Assembly (NCBI RefSeq): GCF_000143415.4
Contig: NW_003314431.1
Location: forward strand, 108,753 to 172,752
Reading direction: 5' to 3'
DNA: 64,000 nucleotides
DNA from: Selaginella moellendorffii
Taxonomy: Eukaryota; Plantae; Lycopodiophyta
Part shown: one piece after another, positions 23,084-33,879 of the stretch
Position numbering within the stretch: position 1 is the first letter of the stretch
Layout of the letters: every line of letters begins with the position of its first letter
Position numbers and translations under genes: made by a program
Notes under the pieces: generated by a model
The model's database searches: none
What the model was told of the DNA's origin: nothing
The model's input: only the letters and a program-made list of their open reading frames with translations

Positions 23084-24559
23084 ACGACGACGATCAGCCC
23101 TCCTCCTCCCCCTGTGGCGGCGACGATGGTCGAGGATCGCGGCACTGTAGAACAACCATGGGATCTACGCTCCCCAGCTCGCGATTTGCTCGAATCCGCG
23201 CGCTAGCCCGCCGCCCCGCCGGCGATTGGCGGCAGCCCACTGCCCAATTCCGCGAGATCTGCGACCAGCGCGAGGAATGCCGCCCCGCCCTAGCGAAGAT
23301 CCGGCCTTGGATCCTCGTTTGCTGCGTGTGATCTCTCTCGCGAGAGAGCGCAGCAAAGAGGATCTCTTGCCTCTTCCCTTGTTCCTGCCTTCCTTGCTCG
23401 CTTCTTCTTCGTCGCGGTGTGTTCTTCGTTGGCGCTAATGTGCTCTGTTTTTCCCGAGCTTGGGGGGGCCTTTCCTATGGTGAGCATTTCGGCGCATCGT
23501 GGCCGTTGGCGGGGCGGGATCCACGGCCCCTGTCCGGCCAGCGGGGCGGCGGAGGGCTATCTTGTACATGTCTCTCACTGCCGCATCCGGACCGTTGGGC
23601 AGGAGATCTGACGGGCATAATCAGGCCACGAGATCCTCGGTCGCGCTGTCTCGTGCTCCGTGACCGTCTGATGGGCGGATCCACGGCCCAAACCAACACA
23701 CTTGTCGAGATGGGAAGCCGTCGGATTTAAGAAGCGTCGTAAGTGTCTTGGATTATTAATATTACCGGCCGAATTTTACCCCTCTCGCTAAAAAATCATT
23801 CAATGTAGCCTAGTGTGTGAATCGGGCCGAGGCAAAAACATGCGCACAAATTTTGTGCGCGCGCGGTTTCGAGGAGCGCAACCGCGCGGCATTTTTGGGC
23901 CGCAATAATGGCGCACCTTCCGTACGGTATTGTCCCAGCTGGGAATCGAACCTCAAAAATCCCTTCTATATAAAAGCTAGAGCTCCGATTTTTTCGCGTT
24001 GTCAATGTATGTAACTCTCGTCTCTTTTATTCCTTCCACCATTCTTTCGCTCGATCCTTCTTTTTTTTTTTTTCACACCACTTTACTTGGCTTCGTAATG
24101 TTGGAGTTCGTTTTGCGAGAAACCAGGCAGTCGGTGTGAAGGTCCACTGCATTAAGTTTTCTTCGTCCTCCAGGAACGAGAATCTCTTCTCCGCGCTTGA
24201 CACATCACAAAATCTCTCTGGCTCTGGGACGCGATGCCGAAAGGGCGCCAACTTGAGCGAGAAAGCGAGAACGACGAGTATATATATTGCGGCATGTTTT
24301 CTTAGTGCTGCGAGCTACCAACAGTAACAAAAAAAAAAAAAAAACAAACGCATCAGGAATGTCAAAGCGAGAAAAACTACGACCGCTTTTGCAACAACGA
24401 TAAAAATGAATACCAAAATTGATGTCGACTGCTAAGTTCCTGTATGATTGCCGTATTATGAGCGATGTATCCCTTGTTCTCTGCACCCAGTGTTTGCACC
24501 TTACACAAAGGTTAAGAAATCCAAGCTAGAAAATCGCACCTTGGGAAGCTCAATGTGAC

Positions 24560-25888
24560 TTAGTCGTGCTTCCCACCTCCGGCTTCCATTTGTAAATGCT
24601 GCAAGGAACGAACAAGTGTAGCAACGGAAACAAGGAGGAAAAAAAAACTAGAAAAACGACCGCACCTTTCTCTTCCCAACGTATGGTTGCACCGCAGGAG
24701 GCGTGGAGTTTGTCGTCTCTTCACGCAGCTTCTTCTTCTCCATCTCAAACTCCTTACGGCTGTCCCTCCTCGATCCGTTCTGCCAAACTCGTCCAAAGCT
24801 CGGGAGCCAATCGTTCGCAGCTTCTTCTCTGCGCGGTGCGGCATCTCGCTCAAGCTGTGCCTTTCGCCGATTGGCCCAAGCCGCTCCAACGCGCTTGTCT
24901 AGCCGCTCCATCTCTCTTCGTTTACGTTTGGAAATTCCCTTCGGACACCCGTCGTCACTTCCGTGAGTCGGGAGGTCAGACAACCAAGGCGGGGGGGCCC
25001 CAGAGTGCACGTTTCCCTTGCTTGACACAAGCGGCCGTGGAGTGACAGTGGCAAGATCTGCAAAAAAAAAATATCAAAGTGTCAAGCAACAGAGTTGGAA
25101 TAATGCAAAAACAGCATACTTCCACCAAACGCTGCCACTGTGTGTCTATGCGCTGTAGCACCGTTAACCTGCAATGTCTGATCCTTGGAAATTTTTTGTA
25201 AAGGCTCAACACAAACACTGGGACTTTGGCTGCTCTTTGCAGCCAGAAACCGTTCATGATGGATATTATTCTCCATGGCACCTTGTGTTGTAGCTACGCT
25301 GCTGCTGTCCGCCAATGCTCCATCACCGCAAACAGCTTCCCACTGGAAAAGAAAGAAAAAAAAAAGAGAAAAGAGCTTCTTTTTCTAAGTCAAAATCTTG
25401 GAATTGTCATGCAAATGGAAAGAGGAGAAAACGACTCACTCACATCCGCGATCTCCTTTCTCGAAAAGAAAAAGTCATGACGGGTGTTGGCGTCAGCGCC
25501 ATTCTCACACCAAAACCTCTTCACATTTGAGACGTGGGCCGCGCTTGCAAGATGGTGAATTGCATTGGAGCTGTGTGCCCAAAAGGAGGATCAAGGAAAA
25601 AATAAAATAAAATCTCACTATAGCACGAAAATCTCGATCTTACCAGGCAATGGAGCTGCTGCCTTGATTGTCAGCGACATCTTCCTCGCAGAACAAGCAC
25701 CAGAAGCGATGCGACGGCGCCTGGTCTCGCGGATTCCCAAGAAATCCTCTGAGGCCCTCGATTTTCATCCGGATCTTCCCAAGAACGCTCTGCAGCGCAT
25801 TGCGATGGCCTGCCGTGTACCTGTGACCTCTCCCTTGCTCGTGATTCCTCCGGCACACGGCGCAGAAGGAGAAGCCCTTCGCGCCCAT
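24560..25888 (-). CDS. TTL: TITAN-like / CCDC84 (CENATAC) homolog (multi-exon)
   Basis: N-terminal zinc motifs FCAVCRRNHEQGRGH and FWCLFC. C-terminal GNVHSGAPPPWL, KRVGAAWA and WLPSFGRVWQNGSR..SRKEF. Confidence 0.85.
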
Positions 25889-25950
25889 CCCACGAAGAAC
25901 CCTAAACTCGTTTCTTTCCCCCAAGAACCCTAAAATATTTTCCTGGATGG

Positions 25951-27786
25951 ATGCGTCCAAGGACGAGGATTCTAGCGCATTCTCTCCGCGATCGCTTCCC
26001 GGCACTCGTAGCGCTCCAGGGAATCAACACGATCGCGCTGCTCGTGTTGGCATTGAAGGCGTGCGCGAGCTCGCGGCAGCTCGAATCGGGCAAGAGGATC
26101 CACGCCGATGCAATGCGCTCTGGCGAGCACAGGAATGCGTTCGTGGCGACGACGCTGATCTCTATGTACGCGAAGTGTGGCAGCATGGCGGATTCTCGCA
26201 AGGTTTTCGATGCCATGGCCGTGAGAGGCGTGGTTGCCTGGACGGCGCTCGTTCTTGGCTACGCCGAGAATGGAGAGGCGAGGCTGGCGCTGGAACTCTT
26301 CTCTAGAATGGAGGAGCCGGCGGATGGGCCAGCGTTCGTGGCAGCGGCTATGGCCTGTGCGATCGCAGCGGTGGAAGAACAGGGCAGGGAAATCGATGGA
26401 AAGGTTTACAAGTTGTGGAGCTTGGAGAAAGGGATGGAGCTCCACTCCCGAGCGGCGAAGCTTGGTTTCGATCGATCTAGCTCCTTTCTCGCCAACACTC
26501 TGCTGGATTTGTACGCTAAGTGTGGGAGCTTGGTGGATTCGTGGAGAGTTTTCGAGACTATAGCTTCGCCGTGTGTGGTGTCGTGGACGGCTTTGATACA
26601 GGGACATGTAGAAAATGGTGAGACCCAAGCTGGATTGGAGCTCTTCGACTATGTTCTTGGGAGAAAGATCTGCGAGCCAAACTCGAGAACTTACGTAGCT
26701 GCTTTGCTCGCTTGCGCGGAGCTGGCTGAGAAAGAAGATGGAACGCAAGTTTTCCTCCAAGAAACTGGAAAGGTGGCTACTGTAAGGCTGAAGACTTTGG
26801 AGAGATGCTTCGAGCTTCACTCTCAGGCGCTGGAGCGGGGTTTTGCGTCGGATAGATTCATCGAAAATGCGCTCGTGAGGCTCTACTCCAAAAGTGGAAG
26901 CATGGCCAATGCTTTCTTGGTTTTCCAAGGTATGATCTCTCCCGACGTCGTTTCTTGGACTGCTCTCATTCTCGGCTACGAACTAAATGGTGACAGTGAA
27001 CAGGCTCTGGAATGTTTCATGCAAATGGAGCGCTCGGATTGTAGACCGGACGCTCGGACTTTCACTGCCGCACTCACGGCTTCCACAACTCTGGCGGCTT
27101 TTGATGCTGGGAGAAGAATCGATGCTCTAGTAACTGGCCAGGGACTGGAGAGCGAGCCGTTTCTCTCGGCTTGCCTGGTGGACTTCTACAGCAAGTGCGG
27201 ACGTGTGAAAGCTGCTCGCTACATCTTCGACTCGACTGCTGCCGTTGGAGTTGTGCACTGGGGAGCGTTGATGGCTGGCTATGGTCGGCAAGGAGAGAGC
27301 GACGAGGTGATCACTCTTTTCGGCAGGCTTGTCGATGAAGGTCTCAAACCGAATGCCGTCGTCCTCCTAGCAGTTCTCAGTGCTTGCAGTCACGCTGGTC
27401 TCCTCGAGAAAGGACGGAAGCTTTTCGGTTCTATGAAACCGGTCTATGGTGTCCAGCCAGGTATCGAGCACTATCATGCCATGATTGATCTTCTCGGCCG
27501 GTCTAACCATTTGGACGACGCAGTGACCATGATCAGAGACATGCCATACAAGCCGACGGTGGTGACATGGAGGACGCTGCTAGGTGCTTGCTGGAAGATG
27601 AAAAACGTTCCTGTGGGAAGGATGGCTTTCGACTCAATCATGGAGCTGGATCCAGGTGAAGTCTCAGCTCACATTCTCATGTCCAACATCTATGGAAGCC
27701 TTGGGATGTTTGTGGAGAAAGCCAACGTTCGTGCGATGGGTGGCTTGGATGAGGAGGCGCTCGAGCACGAGTCCTGGAATTTGTAG
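25951..27786 (+). CDS. PLS-class PPR protein with E domain
   Basis: Intronless 611-aa ORF with MYAKCGS / VVSWTAL triplets, ACSHAG, EHYHAMIDLLGR and HILMSNIY. Confidence 0.92.
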   Translation: MRPRTRILAHSLRDRFPALVALQGINTIALLVLALKACASSRQLESGKRIHADAMRSGEHRNAFVATTLISMYAKCGSMADSRKVFDAMAVRGVVAWTALVLGYAENGEARLALELFSRMEEPADGPAFVAAAMACAIAAVEEQGREIDGKVYKLWSLEKGMELHSRAAKLGFDRSSSFLANTLLDLYAKCGSLVDSWRVFETIASPCVVSWTALIQGHVENGETQAGLELFDYVLGRKICEPNSRTYVAALLACAELAEKEDGTQVFLQETGKVATVRLKTLERCFELHSQALERGFASDRFIENALVRLYSKSGSMANAFLVFQGMISPDVVSWTALILGYELNGDSEQALECFMQMERSDCRPDARTFTAALTASTTLAAFDAGRRIDALVTGQGLESEPFLSACLVDFYSKCGRVKAARYIFDSTAAVGVVHWGALMAGYGRQGESDEVITLFGRLVDEGLKPNAVVLLAVLSACSHAGLLEKGRKLFGSMKPVYGVQPGIEHYHAMIDLLGRSNHLDDAVTMIRDMPYKPTVVTWRTLLGACWKMKNVPVGRMAFDSIMELDPGEVSAHILMSNIYGSLGMFVEKANVRAMGGLDEEALEHESWNL

Positions 27787-28108
27787 AACAGGCACTTTAC
27801 ATCAAGGAATGGATTCAACACTTCAAAAGGTCTGCTTATCTCTTTTCATGTTTCGGATAGATTAATTAAACTTTTCTTTCAGTGTGTCGCGCGAAAGCAT
27901 ATGAGAAGCTGCGGACCGTCAGATGAGACTATACACTAGGGTTGAGCGAGAGGCGCTGGAGTTTTCGCGAAGGTTAGAAAGGATTCCTTGCGGCATTGGA
28001 ATGGGTCCCGGAAATGCGCGTAAGTACTTTGAGCAGGAGCTCCACTTATTGCTGACGATCCTCACATGATGGTTTTCTTTTTCTTCTACAGTAGCAGCAG
28101 CTGTCTAA

Positions 28109-31100
28109 ATGATGTGGTTCTGCTACAGGCTTCGAGCTGCATGGAGATCTTCCGCTCAAAGAGATGGTAGACACTTTTCCAGGATAGCGAAGCAGACTGA
28201 AGAGCGACAAAGAGTCTCGGACTTGCTCGCAGCTTTGAAGGACGCCAACAAATCCAGGGACTTGGAAAAAGCAAGGAAAATCCACGCAGATGCTGTCGCG
28301 AGTAAGGACGACAAGAACATCTACGTAGCCAGCAGCTTGGTGAGCTTGTTTTCGAAATGCGGGAGCATGGTGGATGCTCGCAACGTGTTCGACAAAATAC
28401 CGCGGCCGAATGTGGTTTCCTGGACATCACTGATTTCCGGCTATGTTCTCGATGGCAAAAGCGAGGTAGCTCTGGACATGTTCTCGCGCATGCAGACTAA
28501 AGGCTGTGCTCCAGACGCTCAGACTTTTGCTGCCGCACTCAAGGCTTGCACGGGGATGGCTGCAAAAGAAGAAGGCAAGCTTGTCAAGGGGAGAGTTGTG
28601 AAGCCGAAAGCTCTTCAAACAGGGATCGCTATACACTCTCAAGTTAAAAAGAGCAGCTGCGACGCAGACGTGATCCTGGCCAACACACTTATTGATTTCT
28701 ACACGAAGTGTGGAAGCATGGCTGAAGCTAAGGAGGTTTTCGACGGGATTCAGAAGCCGGATGTGGTGTCCTGGACGTCATTGATACTGGGATACGCACA
28801 GAATGGGGAAGGACAAGTAGCTTTGGACTTGTACCAAGACATGAAGTCCAGCGGGTGTTCACCAAATGGTCAGACGCTTTTGGCTGCTCTAAAGGCCTGC
28901 ACGGATCTGGCAGCAAAAGAAGAGAGCAGCAAGGTTGATGGAAGTCTGTTGCGAGTCTCCACGTTGGTCAAAGGCAGGGAAATACACTCAGAAGCTACAA
29001 AGAACAGGTTCGACTCAGACATCTTCGTTGCGAACACGCTCATCGACATGTACGCGAAGTGTGGGAGCATGACTGAAGCGATGAACGTATTTGAGAGGAT
29101 TCCACGACGAGCAGTGGTGTCCTGGAACGCGCTGATGCTGGGCTATGTTCACAACGGGCAGGCAGAGGTGGCCTTTCGTCTGTTCGAAAGGATGAGATCG
29201 GAAGGATGTGCACCAAACGGCCAGACTTTTGTTGCTGCTCTCAAGGCGTGCTCTGGCTTAGCTGCCAAAGAGGAAGGCGAGCAAGTCGACAGCAAAGTCG
29301 TGAAAGTATGGTCGCTACAAAGAGGCATAGAAGTCTACTCTGCGGCATCAAAGTTCGGCTTCGACTCGGATATATATGTGGCAAATACGGCAGTGGACAT
29401 GTACGCGAAGTGTGGGAGCATGAGACACGCTGGAGAAATCTTTGAGAAGATTTTGCATCCGGACGTGATTTCCTGGACGGCTCTGGTATCGGGATTTGCT
29501 CAAAACGGTGAAGGTGGTGTAGCTCTGGAGTATTTTGAGCGCATGCAAGCTCAAGGCTGTCCGCCGAATGGCCAGACTTATGTGGCTGCTCTCAAGGCTT
29601 GCATCGACCTGGCCACCAACGAAGATGCAAAGCTGGTGGAAGGAAAGCTTGTGAAAGCTGGCTCGTTGGAGAAAGGGGAAGATGTTCACTCCCAAGCGGC
29701 AAAGCGGGGCTACGAGTCGGACATATTTGTGGCCAGCGCTTTGATCGACATGTATTCCAAGTGTGGGAGCATGGCGAGCGCTCGAGAGGTTTTCAACGGG
29801 ATGAAGCGGCGGGACGCTGTGGTCTGGAATGCACTCATGCTGGGCTTCGCTCTAAACGGTGCCAGTGACGAAGCCTTGGAGCTGTTTACTCTCATGCAAT
29901 CCCAAGGCTGTGATCCGGACGCTCAAACGTTTGCTGCTGCGTTGAAGGCCTGTTCCAGCTTCCTGAGTGAAGACGGTAAAGCGGACGACGAGAAGACAAA
30001 GAGAGCTTTGGAGAAAGCTTCGTTGATCCATTCCCAAGCAGCGAAGTTTGGGTTTGACACGGATATATTCGTCGCGAGTATGCTGGTCGATCTCTACGCA
30101 AGGTGTGGAAGCATGAGAGAAGCTCGTCAAGTTTTTGAAAGAATACCCCGGAAGAAACATAACGTGGTCTCGTGGACTACCTTGATCGCCGGCTATGCTC
30201 AGAACGATGAACCGGAAGACGCTCTCGAGCTGTTTCAACGGATGCTGGTCGAAGGATTTGCACCAAATGCTCAAACTTTCGTGGCAGCACTGAAGGCCTG
30301 TGGAAGTTTGGCAGCTCTGGCAATTGGGAAGGCAATTCACTCGACTATTTCCAGATATGGAGCTGAAGGCGTTGCATCCGTGTCCAACACTCTCGTGCTC
30401 TTGTATGGTAAATGCGGGAGTATCACTGGTGCTGAGCAAGTTTTCTACTCGACTACCGCGAAGGACGTCGTGACTTGGAACGCACTGATGGCGAGCTATG
30501 GTCACTTGGGAGACACAGCGGCTTTGTTCCGGCTGAGCCAACAAATGCTGGAGGGAGGCTTAAAACCGGACGGGATTACTTTCAACTTCATCCTCACTGC
30601 GTGCAGCCATGCCGGCTTGGTCGACAAAGGGAAGCACTACTTCCAGGCAATGAGCTCGTCGGAGTATGGAGTAACTCCAGATCTGGAGCACTATCACTGT
30701 ATGGTGGACTTACTCGGGCGTGGAAACAAGCTAGACGAGGCTGTCGAGATGGCGAAAACGATGCCGTTCAAGCCGAGCGTGATCACTTGGACGACCATCT
30801 TAGCAGCAAGCAGGAAATGGAAGAATGTTGCGGCTGGAAAGCTCGCCTTTGACGAGCTGGTTTCGCTGAACGAGAAGCAAGCTGCATCGTACGTGCTTAT
30901 GGCAAACATCTACGCTGCTGCTGGAATGTGGGAGGAGAAGGCCAAAGTTCATGCGATGAGGAAGGATGCGAAGGCTTGGAAGAAGCCCGGACAGAGCTGG
31001 TGGACTGACGAGCGTGGAATCATCCATAAGTTTGTAGCCGGAGACAGAACTCACGCGCAAAGGGACGAGATTGGCGAGAAGTTGAAGCTTCTCGAGGCTG

Positions 31101-31396
31101 CTATCAAGGATCAGGGGTACGTTGCGGACGTAGGAGCCGTTGCATGGGACATTCCGGACGAGGATAAAGAGGAGTCGCTTTGCGGCCACAGCGAGAGGCT
31201 GGCTATCGCCTGTGCTCTCGTGAATTCTCCAGCAGGAACAACGATTCGTATCGGCAAGAATCTGCGTGTCTGCGAGGACTGCCACAAGGCAACGGGCTTC
31301 ATCTCCAAGGTGGAAAAGCGAGTCATCGTTTGCCGAGACGCCAGCCGGTTTCATGTTTTCGAGGATGGAAAATGCTCTTGCGGAGATTTTTGGTGA
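28109..31396 (+). CDS. PLS-class PPR-DYW protein (candidate organellar C-to-U RNA editing factor)
   Basis: 1095-aa ORF with PLS triplets, E domains, PG box (KKPGQSWW), HSERLA, CEDCH and a terminal CSCGDFW. Confidence 0.95.
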   Translation: MMWFCYRLRAAWRSSAQRDGRHFSRIAKQTEERQRVSDLLAALKDANKSRDLEKARKIHADAVASKDDKNIYVASSLVSLFSKCGSMVDARNVFDKIPRPNVVSWTSLISGYVLDGKSEVALDMFSRMQTKGCAPDAQTFAAALKACTGMAAKEEGKLVKGRVVKPKALQTGIAIHSQVKKSSCDADVILANTLIDFYTKCGSMAEAKEVFDGIQKPDVVSWTSLILGYAQNGEGQVALDLYQDMKSSGCSPNGQTLLAALKACTDLAAKEESSKVDGSLLRVSTLVKGREIHSEATKNRFDSDIFVANTLIDMYAKCGSMTEAMNVFERIPRRAVVSWNALMLGYVHNGQAEVAFRLFERMRSEGCAPNGQTFVAALKACSGLAAKEEGEQVDSKVVKVWSLQRGIEVYSAASKFGFDSDIYVANTAVDMYAKCGSMRHAGEIFEKILHPDVISWTALVSGFAQNGEGGVALEYFERMQAQGCPPNGQTYVAALKACIDLATNEDAKLVEGKLVKAGSLEKGEDVHSQAAKRGYESDIFVASALIDMYSKCGSMASAREVFNGMKRRDAVVWNALMLGFALNGASDEALELFTLMQSQGCDPDAQTFAAALKACSSFLSEDGKADDEKTKRALEKASLIHSQAAKFGFDTDIFVASMLVDLYARCGSMREARQVFERIPRKKHNVVSWTTLIAGYAQNDEPEDALELFQRMLVEGFAPNAQTFVAALKACGSLAALAIGKAIHSTISRYGAEGVASVSNTLVLLYGKCGSITGAEQVFYSTTAKDVVTWNALMASYGHLGDTAALFRLSQQMLEGGLKPDGITFNFILTACSHAGLVDKGKHYFQAMSSSEYGVTPDLEHYHCMVDLLGRGNKLDEAVEMAKTMPFKPSVITWTTILAASRKWKNVAAGKLAFDELVSLNEKQAASYVLMANIYAAAGMWEEKAKVHAMRKDAKAWKKPGQSWWTDERGIIHKFVAGDRTHAQRDEIGEKLKLLEAAIKDQGYVADVGAVAWDIPDEDKEESLCGHSERLAIACALVNSPAGTTIRIGKNLRVCEDCHKATGFISKVEKRVIVCRDASRFHVFEDGKCSCGDFW

Positions 31397-31670
31397 GCGA
31401 AAGAGGTAAGCTAAGTTCTGGACTGCAACTTCGTGGTGTATTAACTTTCATATGCTAGGGCTGTGGAAGGAGGAAGCCAAGTTTTTCTTCCTGGAATGAG
31501 GTATGTGGGTGTTTTCCATTAAGCTCCTCTAGCTCAAGAGCAACTCATCTCACATTTTCCGGGATAACACGAGTGAGAGCGCGCTCGCACCACGAAGAAT
31601 GCAGACATTGGTTCGTGTTTTCCATTTTTCGTAGTTTTCATTCCACTTTCTTTCAGCTGAATTCGCAGCA

Positions 31671-33824
31671 ATGACGACGAGCCAAGTTTATCACGCTACA
31701 GATTCTTTCGACAAGCTGAAGCCCAAGAACAGGCGGCACGAAAATAAAGAGGCTCTCAAACTCTACGACCAGCTGCAGCACGACGGTGCAAGACACAGCG
31801 TTCCGGTCATCCTCGCGGCTCTCAAGTCATGCAGCGTGTCGAGAGACATCGAGACAGGGATGAAGATCCACGCGAACGTGGTTTCAGGCAGCAGATTCCA
31901 CACCAACATCTACATTCTAAACAGCCTCTTGGACCTCTACTCCAAGTGTGGCAGTATGGTGGACGCTCAACTAGTTTTCGACCGGATGCCAGTCCACACC
32001 ATCGTCTCCTGGAACACTATCATCAAAGGATACACTCACAGCGGCAAAGGTAGCTTGGCACTTGATCTCTTCTCCAGCATGCAGCAACAAGGCTGTCAAC
32101 CAAACTCGAGAAGTTTTGTCGCAGCGATCGGTGCGGTAACGAGCTTGCTAGCAGCTGAAGGCAACGACGAAGCCGAGAACAAACTCAATTGTCTCGAGAA
32201 AGGAATGGCTCTGCATTCCTCGGCTTGCAAGGCGGGCTACGATCTTGACATGTTCGTGGCAAGCAGTCTGGTGGATCTGTACGCAAAGAGTGGGAGCATG
32301 GAAGATTCACGCAGGTTGTTCGACAGGATGAAAACTCGCGACGTGGTTTCGTGGACTGCGCTCATTTCCGGCTACGTCCAGAGCGGCCAAGCCAAGCTCG
32401 CGTTACAGCTCTTGCATCGTATGCAAGAAGAAGGTTGCCAGCCAAATGCTCTAACTTACGGAGCCGCGCTCAATGCTTGCACGAAGCTGGCTATGGAGGA
32501 CGAAGAACAGGATGGAAAGTCGAAGCTGATCTACCTGGAAAAGGGCAGGGAGCTTCATTCTCGCCTGGCAAAGTGTGGATACGAAGCCGACGCATTCGTC
32601 GCGAGCAGCCTCATGGACATGTATTCCAACTGTGGGAGCATCAGAGAGGCCAGGCAAGTGTTCGGGAGAACCAAGAACCACGACGTGGTTGCCTGGAACA
32701 CGATCATCATGGGACATGCACAGAACGGAGATGGAGAGATGGCTCTCGAGCTCTTCTATCAGATGCAACGCGAAGCTGGCCTGCCTCCAAACGCTCGGAC
32801 TTTCGTTGCTGCGATCAATGCTTGCGCGGCTGTAGCAAGCAAAGAAAAAGAAGCCGGGGGAAAGAAAGATTCCAGCTTGGAGAGAGGAGCTGCGATTCAC
32901 TCACAGGCGATGGAGTCCGGGTGCTGCCGCGATATCTTCGTGGCCAACAGCCTCATCGACATGTACTCCAAGTGTGGAAGTCTGGAAGAAGCTCGCCGTG
33001 TCTTCGACGGCATGGAGCAGCGAAACATCGTTTCCTGGACGTCGATGATCATGGGGTACGCCGAGAACAACGCAGCCACCTTTGCTCTCGAGCTCTACGA
33101 GCAAGCCGGCTCCCACCTCCAGCCAAACGCTCAGACTTTCATGGCGGCGCTCAAGGCCTGCGGCGACTTAGCAGCGCTGGACGCTGGGAAGAGGCTCCAC
33201 TCGCAGATCCGAGAAAGAAATCTGGACAGCAATCCACTGCTCGCATGCTCGCTCATCGGGTTCTATGGAAAGTGTGGAGACACGGCCGCCGCTCGAGAAG
33301 TTTTCCACTCTGTGGCGAGGAAGGACGCGGCCGTGTGGAGTGCTCTCATCGCGGCTTACAGCTTCCAGGGAGACGCAGCCGGGGCCTTGAATCTCCTCGA
33401 GAGGATGCGGGAGGAGAAGATCCGGCCAGATGGTGTGACGCTCCTCTCGGTTCTCAAAGCTTGCAGCCACGCCGGGCTCGTCGACGCTGGCCTCGAGTGC
33501 TTCCGGGAGATATCCTCGCCGACGATCGAGCACTACACCTGCGTGGTGGATCTCCTGAGCCGAGCAAATCGGCTCAAGCAGGCGGTGGCGGTGGCGGAGA
33601 GGCTGGCGGCGCAGAAGCGGAGCTTGCCGGCGGCGGTGTGGATGACAATCCTGGCCGCGTCCGCGAAGTGGAAAGATGTAGACACCGGGCGACTAGCGTT
33701 TGAGAAGCTGCGAGCTATGGATCGAGAGGAGGCCTCCATCTACATCGCCATGGCCAACGTTTACTCGAGCGAGCTGGCTTCACATGACAGTGACGTGGCT
33801 GCTGGCGCGCCGACAGTTGGTTGA
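31671..33824 (+). CDS. PLS-class PPR protein with E domain
   Basis: Intronless 717-aa ORF with PLS triplets, ACSHAG, EHYTCVVDLLSRA and YIAMANVY. It has no DYW domain. Confidence 0.92.
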   Translation: MTTSQVYHATDSFDKLKPKNRRHENKEALKLYDQLQHDGARHSVPVILAALKSCSVSRDIETGMKIHANVVSGSRFHTNIYILNSLLDLYSKCGSMVDAQLVFDRMPVHTIVSWNTIIKGYTHSGKGSLALDLFSSMQQQGCQPNSRSFVAAIGAVTSLLAAEGNDEAENKLNCLEKGMALHSSACKAGYDLDMFVASSLVDLYAKSGSMEDSRRLFDRMKTRDVVSWTALISGYVQSGQAKLALQLLHRMQEEGCQPNALTYGAALNACTKLAMEDEEQDGKSKLIYLEKGRELHSRLAKCGYEADAFVASSLMDMYSNCGSIREARQVFGRTKNHDVVAWNTIIMGHAQNGDGEMALELFYQMQREAGLPPNARTFVAAINACAAVASKEKEAGGKKDSSLERGAAIHSQAMESGCCRDIFVANSLIDMYSKCGSLEEARRVFDGMEQRNIVSWTSMIMGYAENNAATFALELYEQAGSHLQPNAQTFMAALKACGDLAALDAGKRLHSQIRERNLDSNPLLACSLIGFYGKCGDTAAAREVFHSVARKDAAVWSALIAAYSFQGDAAGALNLLERMREEKIRPDGVTLLSVLKACSHAGLVDAGLECFREISSPTIEHYTCVVDLLSRANRLKQAVAVAERLAAQKRSLPAAVWMTILAASAKWKDVDTGRLAFEKLRAMDREEASIYIAMANVYSSELASHDSDVAAGAPTVG

Positions 33825-33879
33825 CGTGGCGTCCACGTCGGGGTCTATCTCCGCCGTTGGTTTCGTATCCAGTGGCGCC

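Noticed and set aside
23838-23960. Short palindromes and a reverse GGTTCGATTCCC B-box
   Set aside because: No cloverleaf and no second copy in the window, which is insufficient to call a tRNA or SINE.
24560-25888. Functional clustering of the minor-spliceosome factor TTL/CENATAC with the U12-intron-containing E2F
   Set aside because: They are about 19 kb and several unrelated genes apart, so proximity is most likely chance.
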